DNA of 64,000 bases from an uncultured Clostridia bacterium (GTDB lineage: Bacteria; Bacillota; Clostridia; TANB77; CAG-508). Under the pieces are notes generated by a model. The model was given only the letters and a program-made list of their open reading frames with translations. It ran no database searches and was not told the DNA's origin. Positions 40,601-49,593 of the stretch are shown piece by piece. Every line of letters starts with the position of its first letter. Position 1 is the stretch's first letter. The translations under genes were made by a program, and so were the position numbers. Location of the stretch: positions 92,231 to 156,230 of the forward strand of contig CANQSV010000002.1 of the NCBI GenBank assembly GCA_947626605.1, read 5' to 3'.

Positions 40601-41104
40601 CTACTTAATAATTTTTTGTTTTTTTAGATATCTGTTTAGCATTATCCTTTCTATTGGTCTTTTAATTGCTGTTAATATCATTTCTTTTTTTTCAACTGGT
40701 TCAACTAATATAGAAATCATATTACAATTATTGCCCCCTAGCACATCTGTTAATAATTGATCACCAACAGTTGCTATATTTTCAGGGTTCACTTTCATAA
40801 TTTTAGAAGCTGTTATGAAGCCTTTTTTAAATGGTTTTTTAGCAAAATTAATATATGGTATTTTTAGTTTTTCTGCTACTCTTCTTACCTTTTCTTTTTT
40901 ATGACTATTAGAAACTATACAAAATTCAATTCCTCTATTTTTTAGTTTCTCACACCAAGTATCTGCACCATCTACCATCTGTTCATAGTAATTTATTAGT
41001 GTATTATCTACATCTAGTATAAGCCCTTTTATGTTCTTGTTTTGTAACATTTCATAAGTAATATCCAATACGCTCTTTACATATATATCTGGATATATGT
41101 TCAT
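40601..41104 (-). CDS. yqeG: YqeG-family HAD-IIIA phosphatase
   Basis: Motifs LDVDNTL and GDQLLTDVLGG. 167 aa. Confidence 0.8.
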   Translation of the reverse strand: MNIYPDIYVKSVLDITYEMLQNKNIKGLILDVDNTLINYYEQMVDGADTWCEKLKNRGIEFCIVSNSHKKEKVRRVAEKLKIPYINFAKKPFKKGFITASKIMKVNPENIATVGDQLLTDVLGGNNCNMISILVEPVEKKEMILTAIKRPIERIMLNRYLKKQKIIK

Positions 41105-41268
41105 TATTTCCTCCTAAAATTAATACTCTAACAATTTATTTCCACTATTATATTATCAATATGTAATACTTTTGTCAAATTAATTTTATCTTGTTTTCAT
41201 TGTATAAATATTTGTATTACTATATAATTTTGTATATAATTAAATTTATGCAAGAGAGGTAAAAACAT

Positions 41269-42666
41269 ATGGAGAATAATCACTCGGATAATAATTTAAA
41301 TACTGAAAGTACTAAATTTTCTTATGAAACAAACACAGAAACCAATTTAGATAAAAAATATTTTTATGCAAAGAAATATAATCGAAGAATATATCCTATT
41401 TATAAAATGTTCTCTTGGGATTTATTATTTTACTATTCTATTATTTTTTTATTTTTAACAACAGAAAAAGGCTTATCTGCTTCTCAAGTACTTTTAGTAG
41501 ATTCCTTTTATCCATTGTTTAAAGGATTTACTAATCTTCCTTGTTTGGCTCTAACTGATAAGATTGGTAGAAGAAAATCCATTATTGCTGGTAATCTTCT
41601 GGTAACAATTTCTGTATTGGTCGTTATTCTATCTGGAAGACTTAGACATTTAATACTAGCAAATTTTTTATGTGCTTTTGGTTATTCTTTAAAAAATCTA
41701 TCTGAAAGTACTCTGCTTCATGAATGTATAGAGCCAGGAAAAACTGCAAATAGTCAATTCTCAAAAATAAACGGTCAGGGGTCTGCTCATTACTATGTTT
41801 TTGATGCTATTTCTACTGCTTTAACAGGTTTTTTATACATATACAATGCTTATCTTCCACTTTTTTTATGTATGATTTCCTGCATTATTGCTACTATGAT
41901 TTCTTATACTTTTGAGGACTATTCAGACCCAAAAGAAAAAACTTTTAAAGTTTCTTCCAAGAACTCTTCGTACAATTATTTAGCTGAACTAATTGCGTCT
42001 TTTAAATTTATTTTTAATTCAAAAAGATTAAGAGCTTTATTAGTTTTTACAGGTTTATTTTCTGGGTTGTTGCAAATTCGTTCTAGCATGTCGAGTAGTT
42101 TACTAAAGGATATTGGCTTGCCAAATCAATATTTTGGAATTGCCTTTGCAATACTTCAAATAGCCGCTTGTATTGCTTCTATAAGGCAAAACTATTACCA
42201 TAAAAAATATAGAAATAAATTATTAGCGAATTTCTCTTTAAAATATACTCTTTCTATGATTCTTTTAGGAATAGTAGTAATTTTAAAAATACCTTATATA
42301 CCTACTCTTATATTGTTTTTTGTTTTTCAAATTATACAACATACTGTAAAGGGTCCATACTATGTCTTAATTCAAAGGTATTTAAATAGTTTTACAACAC
42401 CTGAAATCTCTACTAAAATATATACTGTAAGTAGTATATTAGAAGCATTTGTTGGATCTATATTAGCCTTTTTAGCCTCTATGCTTCTAGCAAGAACAAC
42501 CACTGCATATGCAACATTAATTATTGGTTTATCAATGTTTATAATCTTTTTGTTGGTATTAGACTATATGAGACCAAGATTCGGTTTAAAACCTGAAGAA
42601 TATGATAAAAAAGATATTGAATATGTTTCACCAAACAAGCTATTAGAAAGCAAAAGAGAGGTTTAA
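41269..42666 (+). CDS. MFS transporter
   Basis: About 12 TM segments and a DKIGRRK loop 2-3 motif. Confidence 0.8.
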   Translation: MENNHSDNNLNTESTKFSYETNTETNLDKKYFYAKKYNRRIYPIYKMFSWDLLFYYSIIFLFLTTEKGLSASQVLLVDSFYPLFKGFTNLPCLALTDKIGRRKSIIAGNLLVTISVLVVILSGRLRHLILANFLCAFGYSLKNLSESTLLHECIEPGKTANSQFSKINGQGSAHYYVFDAISTALTGFLYIYNAYLPLFLCMISCIIATMISYTFEDYSDPKEKTFKVSSKNSSYNYLAELIASFKFIFNSKRLRALLVFTGLFSGLLQIRSSMSSSLLKDIGLPNQYFGIAFAILQIAACIASIRQNYYHKKYRNKLLANFSLKYTLSMILLGIVVILKIPYIPTLILFFVFQIIQHTVKGPYYVLIQRYLNSFTTPEISTKIYTVSSILEAFVGSILAFLASMLLARTTTAYATLIIGLSMFIIFLLVLDYMRPRFGLKPEEYDKKDIEYVSPNKLLESKREV

Positions 42667-43329
42667 ATATCCTCTCTTTTATTCTTTGCAATTAAAGCTT
42701 TAATTTTTATTCCATCATCAGAAAACATTTTCTCATGTTCTGTAATTATATTGTTTTCCCATATTGGTTCTTTATGTAAATCGTAAGTTTTATTTAGTAT
42801 TTCAAAACCTGACTCTTCAAAATATTTGATGCTATCATCAAACAATCCATCATCATCTGTTTTAAAATATACTTCTGCTCCATCACTTAAAAATACTTTA
42901 TATTTTTCTAATTGTTTCGTATGTGTTAATCTCTTTTTCTTATGCTTCGGTCTTGGCCATGGATTACAAAAATTGATATAAATTCTATCTATAACATCTT
43001 TTTCGTTCATTATATCTAGTATTTGTTCTATATTTTGTGCTACTATTAATAAGTTTTCAATCGTTTTTCCTTCATATTCTTGTTCTACTTTTCTTCTTAC
43101 ATATCCGAAGCATATCACATTTTATATCCATTGCAATATAATTAATATTTTGATTTCTACTTGCTAATTTAGATATAAAATCACCTTTGCCACATCCAAG
43201 TTCCAAGTGAATTGGTTGAACTTTTTTAAATTGCTCTTTCCATTTGCCTTTGTTTTGAATTGGATTTTCTAAGTAATAATCACATTTCTCCAATTCCGGT
43301 CTTGCCCATTTTTTTCTTCTTATCCTCAA
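42663..43329 (-). pseudogene. trmB: tRNA (guanine46-N7)-methyltransferase, split by a +1 frameshift near 43105-43110
   Basis: The N-terminal part (43072-43329) carries the SAM motif ELGCGKGDF. The C-terminal part (42663-43118) carries NFCNPWPRPKHKKKRL. The two frames overlap and removing one nt in atgcttCggatat joins them as ..CDMLGYVRRK.. Confidence 0.7.
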
Positions 43330-43499
43330 ATTATATTACCCCCGAATATGTAAATCTTCTTTTTGCAATGAATATTTTTATTAATAATAAATAATGAATA
43401 ACTTTTGAAGAAAAATGCTCTTACATTTTTCTTCTTATATTATTCATTCTTCATTATTCATTATTCACTATTAATTGTGATATGAAATATCTCTTAAGA

Positions 43500-44903
43500 T
43501 TATTTTCTCCAAAATGCTTCATATGTTCTGAAAGCTGAATATACATCATATTTACTTGTAACCTCATATGGTGCATGCATTGATAAAACTGGTACACCAC
43601 AATCTATTACTTCCATACCTTTATTTGCCAATATATATGCGATAGTTCCTCCACCGCCAACATCAACCTTTCCAAGTTCTGTTATTTGATATTTAATATT
43701 ATTTTCTTCTAGTAACCCTCTAACTTCTGCTACAAACTCAGCATTTGCATCTGAACCTCCAGCTTTACCTCTGGAACCTGTGTATTTATCAAAAGAAACT
43801 CCTTTTCCAAGCATTGCTGCATTGTATCTATCTGAAACATGTGAATATGTTGGATCCATAGCAGCACCTACATCTGCTGATAACATTTTTGAATTGCAAA
43901 ATACTTTATCAAGTAAATTTGGTCTATTCTCACCAGTTTTATTTAGTAACTCTGATACAAATGTATCAAACACATGAGATTCCATACCTGTATTTCCCAT
44001 ACTTCCAACTTCTTCTTTGTCTGATAAAATACATACTGCTGTTGTTTTTGGTCTGTCTAGATTTAACATTGCTGTTAATGATGTATATGCACATACTCTG
44101 TCATCTTGACCATATCCAGCTACCATACTCCAATCGAAACCTAAAGTTCTTGCATTAAAAGCTGGAACTAATTCTAATTCTGAGCTTAAGAAATCACTCT
44201 CTGTTATTCCATATTTTTCATTTAATATGTTTAATGTATTTAATTTTATTCTTTCTGAAACCTCTTTATCATTATATGGTATACTTCCTATTAAAAGATT
44301 TAAGTTTTCTCCATCAATAGCTGATCTTAGTTTTTTATCCATTTGTTCTATTGCCAAATGAGGAAGTAAATCTGTTATTGTAAATATAGGATCTCTAGGA
44401 TCTTCTCCTATATTTACTGTTATTTTCTCTCCATTTGCTTTTACTATAACACCATGTATAGCTAAAGGAATTGCAGTCCATTGATATTTTTTTATTCCTC
44501 CATAATAATGTGTTTTAAATAAAGCTAGTTCTCCATCTTCATATAATGGATTTGGTTTTAAATCCAATCTTGGTGAATCAATATGTGCTCCTATAACATT
44601 TAACCCTTGTTCTAATTTCTCTTCACCTATTACAGCTAAATATATGCTTTTTCCTCTATTACTATAGAAAACTTTATCTCCTGGTTTTAATTTATCATAT
44701 TCACAAATACATTTGAAACCTTTAGCTATAGCCATTCCTTTTACTACATCTACAGCTTCTCTTTCTGTTTTTGCTTTATTTAAAAAATCTATATATCCAT
44801 CAGCATATCTAAATATTTCGTCCATTTCACTTTTTTCAACATTATTCCAACCGCATTCTTTTTTAGCAAATAACTTTTCTTTTAACTCTTTTCCTTCTCC
44901 CAT
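43500..44903 (-). CDS. M18-family aminopeptidase
   Basis: Motifs GAHIDSP, DDRVCAYT, SDKEEVGS, and MHAP near the C-terminus. ATG at 44903 follows AAAGGAAG and gives about 467 aa. Confidence 0.85.
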   Translation of the reverse strand: MGEGKELKEKLFAKKECGWNNVEKSEMDEIFRYADGYIDFLNKAKTEREAVDVVKGMAIAKGFKCICEYDKLKPGDKVFYSNRGKSIYLAVIGEEKLEQGLNVIGAHIDSPRLDLKPNPLYEDGELALFKTHYYGGIKKYQWTAIPLAIHGVIVKANGEKITVNIGEDPRDPIFTITDLLPHLAIEQMDKKLRSAIDGENLNLLIGSIPYNDKEVSERIKLNTLNILNEKYGITESDFLSSELELVPAFNARTLGFDWSMVAGYGQDDRVCAYTSLTAMLNLDRPKTTAVCILSDKEEVGSMGNTGMESHVFDTFVSELLNKTGENRPNLLDKVFCNSKMLSADVGAAMDPTYSHVSDRYNAAMLGKGVSFDKYTGSRGKAGGSDANAEFVAEVRGLLEENNIKYQITELGKVDVGGGGTIAYILANKGMEVIDCGVPVLSMHAPYEVTSKYDVYSAFRTYEAFWRK

Positions 44904-44989
44904 TTTTTTTCTTCCTTTCTCTTTTGAATTTATTTTAAGATTATAAAAATTTATATAATACTTAAATCTTTTATAATACAAATTAATAA

Positions 44990-46081
44990 CTAAACATTAA
45001 ATCTAAATAGAACTATATCACCATCTTGCATTATGTAATCTTTTCCTTCTGAACGCAACAATCCTTTTTCTTTTACTGCTAGCATTGAACCTTCTCTCAT
45101 TAAATCATCATATGACACAACTTCTGCTCTTATAAATCCTCTTTGAATATCTGAATGAATTTTTCCTGCAGCTTCTGGTGCTTTTGTTCCTTTTTTTATT
45201 GTCCAAGCTCTCACTTCTGGTTCTCCAGCTGTTAAGAAAGACATTAATCCTAATAAATCATAACTTGCCTTTACTACTTTATCTAATCCAGATTCTTCTA
45301 GTCCTAATGCTTCTAACATTTCTTTTTTATCTTCTGGTTCTAATGAAGATAGTTCCTCTTCTATTTTCACACATAAAGGAATAACTTCTGCCCCTTCTGC
45401 TTTTGCATATTCTTTAACCTTTAATACATTGCTGTCTGTATCTGCATTTGATAGCTGTTCTTCAGAAACATTTGCAATATATAATATTGGTTTTAATGTT
45501 AATAAAAAGGTTTCTTTTAAAAGTTCTTTTTCTTCATCATTAAAATCAATAGTTCTAGCTGATTTACCTTCTTCTAATACTTTCTTTATTTTTTCTAACA
45601 AGTCAATTTCTGCTTGATATTTTTTTTCTGCTTTTAACATTTTTTTAGCTTTTTCTAATCTTTTATCTACAGTTTCAATATCTGCAAATATTAACTCTAA
45701 ATTTATAGTTTCAATATCTCTTATAGGATTAATACTACCATCTACATGTACTACATTTGGATCTTCAAAGCATCTAACAACTTCTACTATACTATCTACT
45801 TCTCTTATATGTGAAAGGAATTTATTTCCTAATCCTTCTCCCTTGCTTGCCCCTTTAACTAGACCAGCAATGTCAACAAACTCTATAATAGCATGTGTCT
45901 TTTTCTCTGGTTTATACATTTTTTCTAATTCGTCTAGTCTTTCGTCTGGAACAGGTACTACACCTATATTAGGTTCTATTGTACAAAAAGGATAATTTGC
46001 ACATTCTGCTCCTGCATTTGTTATTGCATTAAACATTGTACTTTTTCCTACATTAGGAAGTCCAACTATACCTATTTTCAT
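44990..46081 (-). CDS. ychF: Ribosome-binding ATPase YchF
   Basis: G1 motif GLPNVGKST, 363 aa, TGS-like C-terminus. Confidence 0.95.
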   Translation of the reverse strand: MKIGIVGLPNVGKSTMFNAITNAGAECANYPFCTIEPNIGVVPVPDERLDELEKMYKPEKKTHAIIEFVDIAGLVKGASKGEGLGNKFLSHIREVDSIVEVVRCFEDPNVVHVDGSINPIRDIETINLELIFADIETVDKRLEKAKKMLKAEKKYQAEIDLLEKIKKVLEEGKSARTIDFNDEEKELLKETFLLTLKPILYIANVSEEQLSNADTDSNVLKVKEYAKAEGAEVIPLCVKIEEELSSLEPEDKKEMLEALGLEESGLDKVVKASYDLLGLMSFLTAGEPEVRAWTIKKGTKAPEAAGKIHSDIQRGFIRAEVVSYDDLMREGSMLAVKEKGLLRSEGKDYIMQDGDIVLFRFNV

Positions 46082-46195
46082 CTTTTTGCTCCTATCTTTT
46101 TTGATATATTTTTTTAATAAAATATCTTATAATCTTATAGTTTAAGATGTATTTATTATAAAACAATCCTTGTTAAAAGTAAATAAAAAACATAG

Positions 46196-46372
46196 AAAAA
46201 TCCCCAATTCCATACATGGAATCGGGGAAAAATCAGATAAAAACAGTAGAGATAAAAGAACAATGAAATAAGTCATGCCCGGAAGCATGTTAAAACCATT
46301 AAATTCTTTAATGACTTGGACACACTTCCCCTTCTCTACTCTTTTTTCAACCACGCCCTAGTGGGTGTTTGT
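46196..46372 (-). ncRNA. Candidate structured RNA (sRNA or cis-leader) between tRNA-Thr and ychF
   Basis: Promoter TTTACT-17-TATAAT (46380-46408). Nested helices. Strong terminator CCCCGAUUCCA-UGUA-UGGAAUUGGGG + U5 (46202-46227), which is fully paired only in the minus-strand RNA. Confidence 0.45.
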
Positions 46373-46449
46373 GATAATAATTATATAACAAGTTATAAAT
46401 AAAGTAAATGTTTTTTGTCTATTTTAGTAACACAAATTTGAAAAAGCAG

Positions 46450-46525
46450 TGGAGCTTCCAGCCGGAATCGAACCGGCGACCCCAGCCTTACCATGGCTGT
46501 GCTCTACCTACTGAGCTATAGAAGC
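46450..46525 (-). tRNA. trnT: tRNA-Thr (anticodon GGU)
   Basis: Manual cloverleaf: acceptor gcttcta/tggaagc, anticodon loop auGGUaa, T-loop ttcgatt, encoded CCA. 76 nt. Confidence 0.9.
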
Positions 46526-46537
46526 ATTTCCCCCAAT

Positions 46538-47182
46538 TTACATGTTGTCAATTATATTTTTTGATGCTTTTTTTCTAATTCTTTGTATTGCATTATCTAT
46601 AGATTTTACTGGAGTATTTAATTTTTCTGCAATCGAAACATAGCTTTCTCCTTGTATATATCTTTTTAAAACTTGCTTTTCAAAGTCACTTAGAGATTTA
46701 TCTATTGCATCTTCTATTGTTTTATAATATTCCTTTTTAGTAATTGTATCTAATGGATCTTCTATAAATTTAGAATTTAATGTTTCCATTAATGGCATTC
46801 CTTCATCTTCTTCATATGCAGAATTGTTTAATGATAAATATGAATTTAATGGCATATGCTTTTGTCTGTTTGATGTTTTTATTGCAGTAATTAATTGTCT
46901 TTCAATACATAAATTTGCAAATGTTTTGAAAGAATTTTGTTTTTCTTCATCAAAATCCCTTATTGCTTTATATAATCCAATCATGCCTTCTTGCACACTA
47001 TCTTCTCTTTCTGCTCCTAGAATAAAATACTTTCCAACCTTTATATTTACAAGGTCTTTATATTTATTCAATAAGAAATTTAACGCATGTTTATTTCCAG
47101 ATTTAACTAGAGAAATCAAATCTGAATCTGTCATGTTGTTAAAATTATTTTCTGTTTCAAAAAATATACGCGCTTCTTCCAT
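46538..47182 (-). CDS. sigH: RNA polymerase sigma factor SigH (sporulation/stationary-phase sigma-70 family)
   Basis: Region 2 motif EDSVQEGMIGLYKAIRDFD and a region 4 HTH. 214 aa. Followed by tRNA-Thr. Confidence 0.8.
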   Translation of the reverse strand: MEEARIFFETENNFNNMTDSDLISLVKSGNKHALNFLLNKYKDLVNIKVGKYFILGAEREDSVQEGMIGLYKAIRDFDEEKQNSFKTFANLCIERQLITAIKTSNRQKHMPLNSYLSLNNSAYEEDEGMPLMETLNSKFIEDPLDTITKKEYYKTIEDAIDKSLSDFEKQVLKRYIQGESYVSIAEKLNTPVKSIDNAIQRIRKKASKNIIDNM

Positions 47183-47280
47183 TAAACTTTGTCCTCCTGA
47201 GGTTGGTTCTCTTATTTAATTTGTATTATAATTCAGCAAAACCTTTAAAGTCAATAGAAAAAGCATAAAATATTTTATTT

Positions 47281-47922
47281 CTAATCATTCGATTGGATCA
47301 TTATCAATATTCCATCAGATATGCTAATTGTCCCTATATTATCCAATAGCTCATTACTTACTCCTATACTATGACCAATAGTTAATGTATCATTAGTTAA
47401 AGGATACTTAAATCCATGTAATGTAATGCCTTTTACACTTGTTGTTAATGGAAATAATGATATGTATTTGTATTTTGATTTATGTACAATTTCTGTTCCT
47501 TTGGTTATTAGCTTAATTATATTATTTGTATCTATAATTTTACATTCTATATTATTTTCTAATGCTTCTCTTAAAATATGTATATTGGCAATAGTATGGT
47601 CCATTCTTTTTCCTAATGCTCCCAATATATATATTTCTGTGCTTTTCATTTCTATAGCTTCTTTTAGTGCCATATGTGTATCGGAAAAATCTTTTTCTGG
47701 ATTTAATTTGATAATTTTAATATCTTGTCTATTATATTTTTCTAAAATTCCATTTTTTATGGAATCAAAATCTCCTAATATGCAATTGGGAAATATATTT
47801 ATGCTGTCTAAAATTTCTAAACCTTTGTCTACAGCTATAATATAATCCATTTCATTATTTGATATAAATGCTTGTAAGAAATCTTTATTTAATTCTCCTC
47901 CAGATACAATTAAAGTTTTCAT
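47281..47922 (-). CDS. thiN: Thiamine pyrophosphokinase
   Basis: Motifs GDFDS and LGALGKRMDHT. 213 aa. Confidence 0.85.
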   Translation of the reverse strand: MKTLIVSGGELNKDFLQAFISNNEMDYIIAVDKGLEILDSINIFPNCILGDFDSIKNGILEKYNRQDIKIIKLNPEKDFSDTHMALKEAIEMKSTEIYILGALGKRMDHTIANIHILREALENNIECKIIDTNNIIKLITKGTEIVHKSKYKYISLFPLTTSVKGITLHGFKYPLTNDTLTIGHSIGVSNELLDNIGTISISDGILIMIQSND

Positions 47923-48071
47923 ATTTATACTCCTTCGTTTTTATGTTTATAGCATACTACATAAAAATTACGAACCCAAAACAATACCTATCAAAATTAT
48001 AAGTGAATAATATATAAGTGTTCTAAATGACATCTTATAATTATTCACTATTAATTATTAAATATTATTTA

Positions 48072-48424
48072 TGGTGGAGATGAGGAGAGTCGAACTCCTG
48101 TCCAACAACCTTTCCATATAAACCTCTCCGAGTGCAGTTTGTTATTAACATTCCCTCAACAATGAGTTAACAAACAAACTCATTGTTTCAGTAGCTTATA
48201 AATACCCCTTATTTCCTAAGCAAGAAATAACTTCGTTTCCTACTAATTCGTCGCCTTATCTTTAAGCGTAGGCACAAAAAGTAAGACGTCGCTGCAATTA
48301 GGCAGCGTATGCTAATTCTCTATTATCAGCGTTTATATTTATTTTTCAGGGTTTTAAGTGGCCACCTGAAACCACTACTCGCTATTTATACTTCTGGATT
48401 GCTGTCAAAACCAAATACATCCCC
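48072..48424 (-). ncRNA. ssrA: tmRNA (SsrA)
   Basis: 5' end GGGGAUGUAUUUGGUUUUGACAGC. 3' tRNA-like end GGACAGGAGUUCGACUCUCCUCAUCUCCACCA. Tag frame GCU GAU AAU AGA GAA UUA GCA UAC GCU GCC UAA encodes ADNRELAYAA. Upstream promoter TTGAAT-17-TATAAT. Confidence 0.93.
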
Positions 48425-48513
48425 ATATGATATATATTATAATATTTTTGTTTAAAATATTCAAGTAAAATGACTAGATTGCTAATTGTAAATAATAGTA
48501 TAAAAGTCGTGTT

Positions 48514-48771
48514 TTAAGCACGACTTTTCTCATATGCTTCTCTTACAGCTCTTGCTAATTGATCTGCGCAAGATGTACCTTTAAATCCACACTTTATTCC
48601 TTTACACTTTTCTTCTATTTCCTCTACAGTTAGACCTTCTACTAATTTGCTAACTGCTTGCAAATTACCATTACATCCTCCATAAAAGCTTACATTATGA
48701 ACCTTATTTCCATCAAGTTCAAATTGTATTTGTGTAGAACATGTGCCTTCTGTTTGATAAGTATATTTCAT
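48514..48771 (-). CDS. TSCPD-domain small protein
   Basis: 85 aa. Sequence CSTQIQFELDGNKV.NVSF.GGCNGNLQA...L..G..V.E is typical of the stand-alone TSCPD family. Confidence 0.75.
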   Translation of the reverse strand: MKYTYQTEGTCSTQIQFELDGNKVHNVSFYGGCNGNLQAVSKLVEGLTVEEIEEKCKGIKCGFKGTSCADQLARAVREAYEKSRA

Positions 48772-48786
48772 ATAAATCTCTCCTTT

Positions 48787-49563
48787 CTATCTTTCATCTG
48801 TTTGCATCGCACTAGGATTTTTATTTATGCCACTTGACGCACCACTTGACGCACCTTTTGACATTGTTATCTTTGCTCTTAGTTCTTCCACTGTTTGTTC
48901 TTCTGCTTTTTGTTCTTCTGTGAAATTGTTTTTAGTTAGTTCAATGTTAAAATTCATGTTTCTTTTTATTTTTATTGAATCTCTTAATATTTCATGGTAT
49001 GCTTTTTCTCCAGCTATAGCATTAAATTCATTTAATATTTTTTGTATTTCTTCTTTACTTAGACTTTTTGGTACTTTCGATACAGAAAAAAGTTTATTCA
49101 AGATTCTTGGTAAACCTTTCTTCTTACTATTTTGTTCGGCTTCTTCTATATCCATTGCTTTGTCCAATATTTCCGAATATGGTTCTTGATCACATAGTTT
49201 TTGTTTTTCATCTGTAACAGCTTCTAAATCAGTCATTATTCCTTCGTTATTGAGCATAATACCTATTTGTAAAGGTATACTATCTTTAGCTTTTGCTTTT
49301 GCTTCTGCCTTTAATATTTCTTGAATTATAACTAAATTTTTTCCATCATTTGCTAAAGCAACATAATCCTCAAGCATTTTACCATCTTCATGTTCTATGG
49401 TTATTTTAAATTCCACTATTGCACTTTTACTCAATTTATCTATATCTTCATCATCTATTCTTCTCAGTGTAATCTCGATAAACTTCATTAATTCCCTTGC
49501 ACCTTCGTCTCCATATAATTGTGCTAGTTTGCTTATTGCAGCTATATAATTTTCTTTATTCAT
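48787..49563 (-). CDS. Hypothetical acidic protein
   Basis: 258-aa ORF downstream of uvrA. No motif recognised. Confidence 0.5.
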   Translation of the reverse strand: MNKENYIAAISKLAQLYGDEGARELMKFIEITLRRIDDEDIDKLSKSAIVEFKITIEHEDGKMLEDYVALANDGKNLVIIQEILKAEAKAKAKDSIPLQIGIMLNNEGIMTDLEAVTDEKQKLCDQEPYSEILDKAMDIEEAEQNSKKKGLPRILNKLFSVSKVPKSLSKEEIQKILNEFNAIAGEKAYHEILRDSIKIKRNMNFNIELTKNNFTEEQKAEEQTVEELRAKITMSKGASSGASSGINKNPSAMQTDER

Positions 49564-49593
49564 TATTTTTATTATTTCCTCCTATTTTCATCT

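Noticed and set aside
46270-46295. A plus-strand GUCAUGCCCGGAAGCAUG that resembles the SRP RNA domain IV GGAA tetraloop region.
   Set aside because: It lacks the conserved GGAAGCAGC / symmetric-loop context and an Alu or closing helix. The flanking terminator is functional only on the minus strand.
46142-46354. A 70-aa ORF between tRNA-Thr and ychF.
   Set aside because: It has no Shine-Dalgarno, it starts inside the promoter-proximal hairpin, and it spans the terminator stem. The region is better explained as a structured RNA (see findings).
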